Part shown: positions 12,600-25,059 of the stretch, one piece after another | Numbering within the stretch: position 1 is the first letter of the stretch | Layout of the letters: every line of letters starts with the position of its first letter | Assembly: GCA_951406725.2 (NCBI GenBank) | Contig: OX597835.1 | Coordinates: forward strand, 24,490,001-24,554,000 | Length of the DNA stretch: 64,000 bases | DNA from: Octopus vulgaris | Taxonomy: Eukaryota | Reading direction: 5' to 3' | Program-made: the position numbers and the translations under genes | Notes under the pieces: model-generated | Told to the model about the DNA's origin: nothing | Database searches by the model: none | Seen by the model: only the letters and a program-made list of their open reading frames with translations

Positions 12600-13105
12600 A
12601 TGATAACAACGATCATCATAGTCATAATCATCATCATGGTGGCCGACGTCGTCATCATCATATCATCATATCATCATCATCATCATCATCATCATATCGT
12701 CATATCATCATCATCATCATCATCATATCGTCATATCATCATCATATCATCATCATATCATCATCGTCATCATCATATCATCATCATCATCATCATCATC
12801 ATATCATCATCGTCATCATCATCATCATATCATCATCATATCATCATCATCATCATCATATCATCATCATCATCATATCATCATCGTCATCATCGTCATC
12901 GTAGTCATCGTCGTTGTTCTCGCCGTCGCGGTCGTTCTCGTTCTCGTCGTCTTCATCATCATCACCATCGTCGCCGTTGTCATTCTCGTCGTCGTCGTCG
13001 TCATCATCCTTATACACATCGTCGTCGTCATCATACTCGTCGTCGTCATCATCATCATCATCGTTCTCGCCGTCGTCGTCTTCATTATCAACAACAACGT
13101 CAGCA
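12600..13105. repeat. (CAT)n/(CGT)n trinucleotide repeat
   Basis: Directly visible. Confidence 0.9.
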
Positions 13106-13150
13106 TCAGCTGGCCATCTGCTCCGATGTCGCCATTATATTTTATACATG

Positions 13151-13194
<44 letters not shown>

Positions 13195-13249
13195 CTTCCT
13201 CAAACTGTCTGTCTAGTCATTTATAGCCGATTGTATATATGTGTGTATA

Positions 13250-13315
<66 letters not shown>

Positions 13316-13446
13316 CGTGTACGTATAGACAAACCTTTTCTTACCCTCACCTCTTCTCTTTTTTCACCTATTTTTATCGTCTCTCGCCCGACAAAGCCTC
13401 GTACTAAGTCTTTTATTCGCGTGCGCAAGGACTCTGCTCGCGCGCA

Positions 13447-13492
<46 letters not shown>

Positions 13493-13794
13493 CATAAATA
13501 CAAATACACACATACGCATACGCAAGCACTCACGCACTCACACACTTTCAACCTGAAAAATTAAGCAATTGGGTTATCAAGAGTCCCAATCAGCGAACGA
13601 TGGCGCCACAGAACTCTGGCTCAAAATGGCAACAACAACAACAACAACAGCAATGCCAATAACCACAATAACAAGAACAACAACAAGAACAACAACAACA
13701 ACAACAGCAGCAGCCATCCTAGCAGAAACAGCAAGAATCAAGTTTGGATATTCCATCGCTAGAAGTGCATATTCTACTAATGTGTATATATAAA

Positions 13795-14011
13795 TATTCT
13801 TTTCTACTCTTGGCACAAGGACCGAAATTTGTTTGGTGGGAGGGAGCCAGTCGATTAAATCAACCCCAGTACGCAACTTCTTAATTTATCGATCCTGAAA
13901 AGATGAAAGGCAAAGTTGACCTTGGCGACATTTGAACTCAGAACGCAAAGACGAACGAAATGCTGCTAAGAATTTCGCCCAGCATGCTAACGATTCTGCC
14001 AGTTCGCCGCC

Positions 14012-14013
<2 letters not shown>
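13795..14013 (-). mobile_element. SINE family B (tail 2) adjoining (AAT)n
   Basis: Reverse complement of the family B head and centre. Confidence 0.85.
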
Positions 14014-14079
<66 letters not shown>

Positions 14080-14105
14080 TATTATTATTTCTTATTATTT
14101 CTACT

Positions 14106-14136
<31 letters not shown>

Positions 14137-14142
14137 CATACA

Positions 14143-14173
<31 letters not shown>

Positions 14174-14214
14174 CCATACATACATACATACATATCCATA
14201 TATATATATATATA

Positions 14215-14870
14215 ACGGGAAGCTTTATGAAAATAAACAAAAGACGAAGGCAGGTGGAAAACAAACGAACAATTGTATTAGTATGGCGCTCAGGAAATAT
14301 AAATAAAACAAGTCTTTAACGTTTCGAGCTTACGCTCTTCAACAGAAAGATACACAGAGAGAGAAAAACACAGAAAGGAGAGAAAAAAAATGCGTGCAGT
14401 AGCTAACGAATCAACATGGCGATCTGATTTCGACCAGAGGTCAAAGATCAAACATGAGACGCGAGAGCGAAATAAGGGGAGATAATAGGGTTGATAAATG
14501 GGTTGAGGGACCAGCTAAAAGTGCTTGGGAGGGGTCTGGATGTGTGTATGTATAGGGTTGGTGTATGTATTAGTATGTATAAGGGTGTGTGTGTGTATGA
14601 GAGAGTATTAGTGCGTAAGATTGGTCTGGACGTGCGTATGTATGGGGTTGGTGTATGTATTAGTATGTATTAGTACGTATTGGTATGTATAGGTGTGTGT
14701 TGTGATGTGTAAAGTCATGTGGTGTAGTGAGGAGAAGAGGGGGAGGGGGAGAAGAGGGGGGAGAGAAGGGAGGGGAAGAAGAGGGGAGTAGGGGTGAAAG
14801 GATGAAGGATTGCGGCAACGTGGGCGGGAGCAGGGGAACGAGCCGGGTTGGGAGGTAGGGTCAGGGAAGG
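14215..14870 (-). mobile_element. Penelope-like non-autonomous element or remnant between (TA)n tracts, with HHR fold
   Basis: 14215-14410 homologous to 60765-60935 and 43035-43190; distal boundary uncertain. Confidence 0.6.
14314..14349 (-). ncRNA. Minimal type I hammerhead-like motif, CUGUUGA (A6U) core
   Basis: cttt CTGTTGA a gagc gtaa gctc GAAA cg TT aaag: stems I and II pair perfectly. Confidence 0.6.
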
Positions 14871-15099
14871 ATATATATATATATGGATATGTATGTATGT
14901 ATGTATGTATCTATCTATCTATATATATATATTCTTCATAGGTTATCGACCGAAAAATACTAATACCCAGAGACACATAGATATTTATACATAGACATGC
15001 ATATCTATACATATCTACAGATATATAATTAATAAGTTTGAAAATGGAGAGATTCAATGTATATAAACTAATTTATTAATTATATATATATATATATAT

Positions 15100-15915
15100 A
15101 TAAATGAAACAAAGGCGCAATAGAGGACAATAAAACATTCGGACAGACGATACAAAGGCGGACAGGAGAAACAATTAGGACAGGGGGAAAAAAGGACCTT
15201 TTGTCTTCAGTCAAGTTACTTGGCCTTCTTTCTCCAGTCAAGTTACTAGATGTCCTTACTGTTTCGGGCAGTTACACTTAAGACAGTTCAATCTGGTTGC
15301 CCCTCCCACAAAAAGTATAAGCTAAGAGCATTAGATTTTTTGTAAGAAAGCTAGCGAATGTGCACGGCAACAAAGACAAAACACGGAGAACATGCTACAC
15401 AATTACAAATACAAACAACAAGAAAATAACAACAGGCATCTTTCGACTGAGAACGAATCAAATTGAGCTGGCATGTATGAAGTGAAAGCCTAAAGGCAGG
15501 GACTTATAACATGGACATAAGAGGTGTTGGCGGTCAGCAGTCAGGCCAAGGAAGAAAGATCATGGCTGGCCGGACACCGGTCACGTGGTAGGAGGAGAGA
15601 GGGGTAGAGGGCAGCTGGATTGAAGTATTAGAAAAAAATCAAAGAGACAAAGGGAAAAGTATAGGAGAGATAAAGGAAGAGGAAAACTGAGAGTTAAAGA
15701 AAGAGGGGGCCAAGAAATGTAAGAGAGTGAGGGGGGCAAGAGGGCCATCAATCCGGGCACAATACTTCATAAGATCTCTGTTGGCACACCCAGCTAAAAA
15801 TAGATCAACAGATCAAGTGAGTAAACCTAGCTATAACTACTGGAAACAGCTGTAAGCTACATTTGCTATAATAAAGAAATTATGAGTAAAGACCATTATT
15901 TTAACTTGTCTATTA
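15100..15915. mobile_element. Composite repeat between (TA)n tracts, possibly Penelope-like remnants
   Basis: Contains the segment shared with 10211-10418, a decayed HHR-like fold at 15254-15313 (-) and gaaacagctgtaag at ~15843 shared with the 39459 HHR. Confidence 0.4.
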
Positions 15916-16107
15916 TATATATATGCATGTATGTATGCATGTATATATTATGTATATTTATGTGTATGTATGTATATGCACTCACACATACACACAAACA
16001 CATACATATATATACGTAAGTACACACATGCATGTATGTTTTCGGATACATATTTTGCACAAGCTTTACTTAATGCCAAGTATATCCAAGATGTATTTAT
16101 ATATAAT

Positions 16108-16174
<67 letters not shown>

Positions 16175-17525
16175 GACACACACACATACATGCAAGCATG
16201 TATACGCCATAATGCATAATCTAATCAGCGTTTGAAAGTTCCATAAAAATTTGCATAAGTACAGCACATACACACACACACCCACACACGCGCGCAGAAA
16301 CAGGAAGCGGTTGAGTTTCGAAACGTGACCGCCAGATAACCGGACAGATAAACTCGTGAAGGGAAGAACTCCGAGATAATTCATTTTTTGTTTTGCGTAA
16401 TTTCCTCCTTTCAGACACACTCACTGGCATTGTTTATGGTAACACACCTGGAACTCTAACAGCAGAATCTGACGTCTTTTTGGCACCTACACATTGAACG
16501 CACGCATACACACACACATACACACAAATACATAAACGTATACGCAAACAAACACACATATACATAATGCACACACACACTAAAACAAACATATACGCAC
16601 ACATACACACACATATAGACATGCATACGTATACACACATACTCATACACACATACACTCACACACACATACATATATGTATATATGTCTGTGTGTGCGT
16701 GCGTATATATATACTATATATTATATATACAGATGCACATACTGAATAGCATATATACAGACATATATTTACTTATATATATATAATAAAATACATTCAC
16801 TCGTGTACACGCACACCTGTGCGTATCCAGGCTCAGGTGATTATGTATCTACACTCACACGCACACACACACACACATGTACACACACACACACACAGAC
16901 TCGCACGCACACAAACTCGCACACATATATAGTTATATTTTTCGTGCAAACATTGCAATACTCTTGCATGTCTGCATATACGTATGTACATGTATATATG
17001 TATGTGCGTATATATGTATGTATATGTATATATGTATGTGCATATATATGCATGTATATGTATATATGTATGCGCATATATGTATGTTTGTGCTTATATA
17101 TGTATGTATGTGTATATATGTATGTGCATATATATGTATATATGTGCATATATGTATGTGTATATATGCATGTATCCATGTAAGTTTATATGTATGTTCT
17201 CATGCGTGTATGTGTATATCTATGTATATATGTATATGTATGTACGAATGTGTATGTTAATATTAGCAAGGAATCTTGAAATAAAACTGAACAATAGCAT
17301 ACATACATGCATACATACATACATACATACATGCATGCATACATACATACATACATACATGCATACATGCATACATACATGCATACATACATACATACAT
17401 GCATGCATACACACATACATACATACATACATACATACATGCATACATACATGCATACATACATGACATGCATACATGCATACATACATACATGCATACA
17501 TACATGCATACATACATACATGCAT

Positions 17526-17556
<31 letters not shown>

Positions 17557-17781
17557 TACATACATACATACATACACACACACATACATACATACATACA
17601 TACATATATACATACATACATGCATGCATACATCCATACATACATACATGCATACATACAAACATACATACATACATGCACACACACATACATACATACA
17701 TACATACATGCATACATACAAACATACATACATACATACATACATACATACATACATACATACATACATACATACATACAT
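15915..17781. repeat. Microsatellite field (TA/CA/ATGT, TACA at 17298-17781)
   Basis: Directly visible. Confidence 0.9.
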
Positions 17782-17880
17782 ACCCTGTTGATGTTGAAAT
17801 TCCAAAGAAGGAGCCTTGGATCTAGGTTAGAAACCGGTTCTTTTTCTATTGGCAAGAAATTTTGAAATAAAACTGAATGA
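17782..17880 (+). repeat. (TACA)n-embedded short element
   Basis: Same family as 7795-7890 and 24841-24940. Confidence 0.85.
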
Positions 17881-18099
17881 CATACATGCATGCATGAGTA
17901 TGCATGACATACCAATGCATTACTCACGTACATATAAAGTACTACATTGATGTCTACTTTCGTATCTTGGTTTCTTGTCAGAATCCAGAAATGTCGACAA
18001 ATCGATTGGTGCAAGGGACAAGTTGACAGAATGTCTTAAGACACGTGACTTCGCCGGGAACTTTTATTGCTTATAAAGAGCAAATATCTTAAGCTAATT

Positions 18100-18104
18100 G
18101 GTGG

Positions 18105-18138
<34 letters not shown>

Positions 18139-18278
18139 GATGATGATGACGACGGTGATGATGATGTTTAAGGTGAAGATGATAATGACGATGATGATGA
18201 CGACGACGCTGATGATGATGATGATGATGATGATGTTTACCGTGAAAATGATAATGACGATGATGATGACGACGACGC

Positions 18279-18314
<36 letters not shown>

Positions 18315-18455
18315 CGATGATGATGATGTTTACCGTGAAAATGATAATGACGATGATGATGACGACGACGCTGATGATGATGATGATGATGATGACGATG
18401 ATGATGATGATGTTTACCGTAAAAATGATAATGACGATGATGATGACGACGACGC

Positions 18456-18508
<53 letters not shown>

Positions 18509-18510
18509 GG
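18100..18510. repeat. (GAT)n repeat with four higher-order units
   Basis: ttta(cc)gtgaaaatgataatgacgatgatgatgacgacgacgctgatg unit recurs four times. Confidence 0.9.
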
Positions 18511-18884
18511 TGGTGGTGATGATGGTGGTGTTGGTGGTACTGCAGAGTTGGTGATGGTATAGTGACAGTTATTGTAGTGGTGGTCATGGGGCTAGTGATG
18601 GTGATGGTGGTGGTGGTGGTGGCGGCGGAAGCGATGACAGGTTGGGTATACCGGTGGCGGATGAAGCTGCCGATCGTGATGATAGTGAAGATGCGGGTGT
18701 TGGCAGAAGGTAGCAAAGTAGCGATAGCAGGATGATGTATTCGTTACGAGCGGAGAGAGTATGTGCGTGCCTATAACCACCGGTGGCGTTGTTGTTGTTG
18801 CTGTTGTTGTTGTTGTTGTTGTTGTTGAGCTCACTTGATGCGCAATTGCCTGCAACATCTGTAATACATATTTAGACAAAAAAC

Positions 18885-19699
18885 AAAAAAAAGAAGAAGG
18901 AAAGAAGAAAAAAAGGAAAGAAATAAAAATGAGGTAGACGGAAGAGGGAAGAAGAAGGAGGAGGAGAGAAGAAGGAGGACTAGAGAAGAAGAAGAAGAAG
19001 AAGAAGAAGAAGAAGAAGAAGAAGAAGAAGAAGAAGGAGGAGGAGGAGGAGGAGAAGAAGAAGAAGAAGAAGAAGAAGAAGAAAAAGGAGAAGAAGAAGA
19101 AGAAGGAGGAGGAGAGAAGAAGAAGAAGAAGAAAAAGAAGAAGGAGGAAAGAAGAAGAAGAAGAAGAAGAAGGAGAAGAAGAAGGTGGAGGAGAAGAAGA
19201 AGGAGAAGGAGAAGAAGAAGAAGAAGAAGAAGAAGAAGAAGAAAAAGGAGAAGGAGAAGAAGAAGAAGAAGAAGAAGAAGAAGGAGGAGGAGAAAGAAGA
19301 AGAAGGAGAAGAAGAAGAAGGAGAAGAAGAAGAAGAAAAAGGAGAAGAAGAAGATGAAGAAGAAGAAGGAGAAGAAGAAGAAGGAGAAGAAGAAGAAGAA
19401 GAAGAAGAAGAAGAAGAAGAAGAAGGAGAAGAAGAAGAAGGAGAAGAAGAAGAAGGAGAAGAAGAAGAAGAAGAAGGAGGAGGAAAAGAAGGAGAAGAAG
19501 AAGAAGAAGAAGAAGAAGAAGAAGAAGAAGAAGAAGAAGAAGAAGAAGAAAAAGGAGAAGGAGGAGGAAGAAGGAGGAAGAAGAAGAAGAAGAAGAAGAA
19601 GAAGAAGAAGAAAGGAGAAGAAGAAGAAGAAGAAGAAGAAGGAGGAGGAAGAAGAAGAGGAAGAAGAAAAAGAAGAGAAGGAAGAAGAAGAAGAAGAAG

Positions 19700-19730
<31 letters not shown>
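18885..19730. repeat. ~850 bp (GAA)n/(GGA)n polypurine tract
   Basis: Directly visible; almost no pyrimidines on the + strand. Confidence 0.95.
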
Positions 19731-20006
19731 TCAGAAGATAGTGGTGGTGATGGTGATGATGAAGATGATGTCCATGATCGGGATTATAATTATTATGATG
19801 GAGATAATGGTGATGATGACGGGGATGATGCTGATGCTGATGCTCATGATGATGATAATGATGAGAAAGAGGAGGATATGGAAGCGGATTTGGAGGAGAA
19901 TGAGGGAATCGATTTGATAAGGCCCCAGGGAGAAACGTCTCGAAATGTCAAATGAGGTAAAAAGTGTCAAAGAGATGGAAGAATGGGGGAAGACAGAGAG
20001 ATAGAT

Positions 20007-20044
<38 letters not shown>

Positions 20045-20180
20045 GAGAGAGGTAGTAGAGAAGGAATGAACATAAGTGTACAAACTTGGGAGGCGAGTGT
20101 GTGGTGTTGCTTTGCATTTATAACAATAAATATAAACAAATTATAAAAATAATTAAAAAATATATACAGTACAGTGGTGT

Positions 20181-20246
20181 TTCTACATCGCGGATTTTCA
20201 CCTATCGCGGGTGGTTTTGGAACGTAACAACCGCGATAGTCGAGGG

Positions 20247-20251
<5 letters not shown>
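20181..20251 (-). mobile_element. Tigger/pogo-like MITE end fragment
   Basis: Minus strand taatccctcgactatcgcggttgttacgttccaaaaccacccgcgataggtgaaaatccgcg resembles Tigger-type termini. Confidence 0.45.
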
Positions 20252-20305
<54 letters not shown>

Positions 20306-20351
20306 CTATTAAATTGGGTATGAGTAAGTATTTCATATATATCTCACGTAT

Positions 20352-20412
20352 TTATCGCTGAAGAGGGGGAAATTCTTATGAATTAACCCCGAAATTGGGA
20401 CCAATACGGTAA
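20352..20412 (+). ncRNA. Type I hammerhead ribozyme with canonical core
   Basis: ttatcg CTGAAGA (g)gggg..cccc GAAA ttg ggac caa TA cggtaa; all three stems pair; lies in a ~240 bp insert between (TA)n tracts (20303-20540). Confidence 0.75.
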
Positions 20413-20536
20413 TAACGGATTTTTTAGAAATTTCTATCGGTTTGTTTCGAGACGCATAAATTATAATGCTTATTGACATTTTTGTCTTTTTTTCGGCATA
20501 TTTGGCATTAGAATTTTTCTTTTGCCCTTATTTTGT

Positions 20537-20581
<45 letters not shown>

Positions 20582-21122
20582 GTATTAATATATATATGGC
20601 GTTGATGGTTCTGATGTCAATGGGTGTGATGTTGGGGCGTGACATTAGTGGGTATGGTGTTGGTGGGCGTGGTATTGTAGAAGTGGTGTTGAGAGGTGTG
20701 GTTGTGACGAGTGTGATATTTGTGGTTACAACAGTGTTGGTGGATGTGGTGCCGCTGGGAGCGGTGTTATTGGGTTTTGGTGGGTGTTTTTATACGACAC
20801 TATCCCAAACAAAGTTTGAAGCCCCTGTAGTGTGAGGGACAACAAAAAGAAAAAGAAGGGAGCCGACAAATTGAAAAGATGTCCATTGACAAAGCATAAA
20901 GGACAGAATATCAGAGACCAGAGAAAAACAAGACAATGGTAATGAGTTCCAGAGAGCAGCAGTTCAAGGAAAGAAGCTATTATAATAAATGGACTTATGA
21001 CTAACAGGAAGCTCAACAGAGAAATGATGAGCCAGGGAAGAGAAGCGAGTGACACGTTTAATGGTCTTGACTAAGTGTATTAGACCAGAGAGTTCATCAG
21101 AGCAACGACCGTGGAAATATTT

Positions 21123-21274
21123 GGCTGTGTGGTAAGTAGCTTGCTAACCAACCACATGGTTCCGGGTTCAGTCCGACTGCGTGGCACCTTGGGCAAGTGT
21201 CTTCTACTATAGCCTCGGGCCGACCAATGCCTTGTGAGTGGATTTGGTAGACGGAAACTGAAAGAAGCCTGTCG

Positions 21275-21313
<39 letters not shown>

Positions 21314-21532
21314 ATATGTTTGTGTGTCTGTGTTTGTCCCTCTAGCATTGCTTGACAACCGATGCTGGTGTGTTTACGTCCCCGTTACTTAGCGGTTCGT
21401 CAAAAAGAGACCGATAGAATAAGTACTGGGCTTACAAAAAGAATAAGTCCCGGGGTCGAGTTGCTCGATTAAAGGCGGTGCTCCAGCATGGCCGCAGTCA
21501 AATGACTGAAACAAGTAAAAGAGTAAAAGAGT
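21123..21532 (+). mobile_element. SINE family A, near full length
   Basis: Colinear with 9585-9978. Confidence 0.9.
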
Positions 21533-21679
21533 ATATGAAGATACATCGAAGACATAATGAAGACACAATGAAGCTACATTTCACCGATGAACCGAAGACT
21601 CCAGTCTTGTAGGGAGGACACACCTTGTTAAGAATTCGATTCTGAATTCGTTGAAGCAACAATACACCCAGAGAAGGTG

Positions 21680-21878
21680 ACAGAATCGTAGCATGCAGGG
21701 TAAAATGCTTGCCGTCATTTCGTCCGTCTTTACGTTCTGAGTTCAAATTCGGCCGAGGTCGATTTTGCCTTTCATCCTTTCGGAGTCGATAAAACAAGTA
21801 CCAGTTGAACACTGCGACTTACACCTTCCCATAAAATTTCAGGCTTCGTGCCTATAGTAGAAAGAATTATTATTATTA

Positions 21879-21928
<50 letters not shown>

Positions 21929-23060
21929 GGCGGCGAACTGGCAGAATCGTTAGCATGCTGGGCGAAATGCTTAGCAGCATTTCGTTCGTCTTTGCGTTCT
22001 GAGTTCAAATGTCGCCAAGGTCAACTTTGCCTTTCATCCTTTTGAAGTTGATGAATTAAGTCTCAGTTGAGTACTAGGGTCGGTGTAACCAGTGGCGGAC
22101 TGACCAGGTTGCCAGCTTACCCGATGGCAAGTGGGCCTCTGCGCCATGAGAATTCATATATGGGGGCCCATGTTAGTATCTAAGGGGCCCATCCCCTCAA
22201 GTTTGAGAAGAATGCATTAATTATTTCAGCCTGGCTGTGTTTTTTGACTGTTGAAAAGAATACTTTAAAAAATAATTAAATTATAGTATTGTAGTTGCAG
22301 GTGGGCCCCTTTGTAGTTGCGGGTGGGCCCCCTTAGTCTCCTGGGAACCAATACTTTTAGACCCAGTCCGCCACTAGGTGTAATCGACTTATCTCCTTCC
22401 CACAAATTGCCGGTCTTATGCCAAACTTTGAAACCGTTATTATTCTTATTAAGGCAGCGAGCTGGCAGAAACGTTAGCACGCCGGGCGAAATACTTAGTG
22501 GTATTTCGTCTGCGTTACGTTGTGAGTTCAAATTCCGCCGAGGTCGACTTTGCCTTTCATCCTTTCGGGGTCGATAAATTAAGTACCAGTTACGCACTGG
22601 AGTCGATGTAATCAACTTAATACCTATGTCTGTCCTTGTTTGTCTCCTCTGTGTTTAGCCCATTGTGGGTAATAAAGAAATAGGTATTTCAATCATCACT
22701 ATGTTCTGAGTTCAAATTCCGCTGAGGTCAACTTTGCCTTTCAACCTTTCAGGGTCGATGAATTAAGTACCAGTGAAACAGTAGGGTCGATGTAATTGAC
22801 TAGTTCCCTCCCCTAAAATTTCAGGCCTTGTGCCTATAGTAGAAAGGATTATTATTAAGGCCACGAGCTGACAAAATCCTTAGCAGGCTGGGAAGAATGC
22901 TTAACGGTCTTTACGTTCCGGGTTCAAATTTCATCGAGATCGACTTTGCTTTCCATCCTTTTGGGGTCGATAAAATAAGTGCCAGTTGAATACTGGGGTC
23001 GATCTAATCGACTTAGCTCCCTTCCCCGAAATTGCTGGCCTTGTGCTAAAACTTGAAGGC
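21680..23060 (+). mobile_element. Head-to-tail cluster of about five SINE family B copies
   Basis: Copies at ~21680, 21928, 22452, 22683 and 22858, mostly separated by (ATT)n. Confidence 0.85.
22090..22376. mobile_element. hAT-type MITE inserted in a SINE B copy
   Basis: TIRs cagtggcggactg / cagtccgccacta; 8 bp TSD ggtgtaac / ggtgtaat. Confidence 0.85.
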
Positions 23061-23305
23061 AGTGTATTCGCTGCAAAGTTTAATGGTGACCTTTAAAGAG
23101 ATACACGGCATGGCAAAGGACTAGTGTGGTGTTGGAATTGGTGTTGTGGGAGTGGAGTACTGTTTGTATCAATGGAGGGGTGATGGCTGTGATTTTGAGG
23201 GAGTGGACGTTGGTGGGAGTTGCGATAGGGGGTGGATGTAGCGTCGGTAGGAGTGCTTTTGTTGAGAGTAGTCTTAGTAGGTAATGCTGGTGATACTAGT
23301 AGCGG

Positions 23306-23464
23306 AGAGTCAAATTCCACCAAGGTCGACTTTGCCTTTCATCCTTTCTGGGTCGATAAATTAAGTACCAGTTACGCACTGGGGTCGATGTAATCGACTT
23401 AATCCGTTCGTCTGTCCTTGTTTGTCCCCTCTGTGTTTAGCCCTTTGTGGGTAATAAAGAAACA
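23306..23464 (+). mobile_element. 5'-truncated SINE family B (tail 1) with 14 bp TSD
   Basis: TSD gatactagtagcgg at 23292-23305 and 23465-23478. Confidence 0.9.
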
Positions 23465-23881
23465 GATACTAGTAGCGGTTGTAGTAGTGGTGGTGGTAGT
23501 AGTGATGTTGCTGCTAGTGGTGTTGTTGATAGTGGTGGTGTTAGTGGTAGTGATGGTAATAGTGGTAGGGTGGCGTGTGTAGGAAGAAGAAGGGAATGGA
23601 AAGATTAGTGCCTTGCCATGTTTGCTGGAGAAGGACTTTGAAGGCATGGCGGTGGGGAGGTATAGGTGGAGGTATGGTCATAGCAGTTGTAGTGTAAATA
23701 GTAACAACAACAACAACAACAACAACAGACGTCATAGTCACAGTAGTGGTGACGTAGTTGTAGCAAGGAAAAGACATGGCCATACACAAGTTTTTAACAT
23801 CAGGACTTAATTTAGATAATTAGCATTCTCGCTGCTGGCTTTCATTACAATACGTACATGCGTGTTTGCATATTACATGTG

Positions 23882-23930
<49 letters not shown>

Positions 23931-24161
23931 ACACACACACACGCACCGTATATGTGCATGCATGTAAGCGTATGTTTACATGTGCGTGTATGTGTGTGTG
24001 TGCGTGTGTGCGTGCATTGTTATGGATTTCATCTAATTATAAATACAACTGCATACTGTATGTGTGTATATATATATATATATATATGTGCGTGTGTGTG
24101 TATGTATGTATGTATAGAGGGAGAGAGAGGAGGAGAGAGATATGAATACACATACATATAT

Positions 24162-24209
<48 letters not shown>

Positions 24210-24239
24210 GTCTACGCAGGGCACCATTCAGTAGGATTT

Positions 24240-24449
24240 TACTAAAAAACACGGACGAAGAAACGCTGGAAACCGTTTTTTTTTTGGGGGGGGGGGTTCT
24301 GATTACGATAAGCAAACTTGTAAAACGTTGGACGAACTGCATCGAAAAGCAAGGAGACTATGCCGGAAAATGATGTAATAGTTCAACCCCTGTTTTAGTT
24401 TTAATAAGCTACAGAAACAATAGTGCGTACAACCTTTAACCTACCCTCG
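24240..24449 (+). mobile_element. Mariner 3' end fragment
   Basis: ISKLVKRWTNCIEKQGDYAGK* followed by TIR-like ...ctaccctcg|TA. Confidence 0.7.
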
Positions 24450-24840
24450 TAGATACATACATTCATACATATCTGGATTACACATTTACATTTATTCCAA
24501 TAATAATTAAAGCACTTGGTTTATTAAGTAAATGCTTGTCAGTTTGGATAAGCTTGGATTTTCAGAACACGAAATCAGCCAACTGATTCGTACTTTACAA
24601 ATAGAATCTGTAAGCGGAACAGTAAAACTATGCAAGACTTTCCTCAAGTTTAAAATATGACACTGTTTTCGTTATCTACATTCCAAAGATGCAGCTTTGT
24701 ATCTTGGTTAGAAACAAGCTCAATCTTCAGAGGGAAAATATAAATGGTTAAATACAGAAGAGACATACATACATACATACATACATACATACATACATAC
24801 ATACATACATACATACATACATACATACATACAAAAATAT

Positions 24841-24940
24841 CCTGTTGCTGTTATTGAAATTTCAAAGAAGGAGCCTTGGATTTAGGTTAGAAACTGACTC
24901 CTCAATTGGCAAGAAATCTTGAAATAAAACTGAATAACAT
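24841..24940 (+). repeat. (TACA)n-embedded short element
   Basis: Same family as 17782-17880; a more decayed copy lies at ~24665-24740. Confidence 0.8.
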
Positions 24941-24976
24941 ACATACTTATATACACCGCCTCTGTGTGTGTGTGTG

Positions 24977-25059
<83 letters not shown>

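Noticed and set aside
18165-18470. Regularly spaced repeats resembling a CRISPR array
   Set aside because: Spacers are (GAT)n runs, the context is eukaryotic and there are no cas genes
19185-19955. 256 aa E/K/D-rich ORF
   Set aside because: Translation of GAA/GAT repeats, open in several frames; no domain or splice evidence
20830-21120. Possible RTE-like 3' fragment
   Set aside because: Similarity too weak to support by eye
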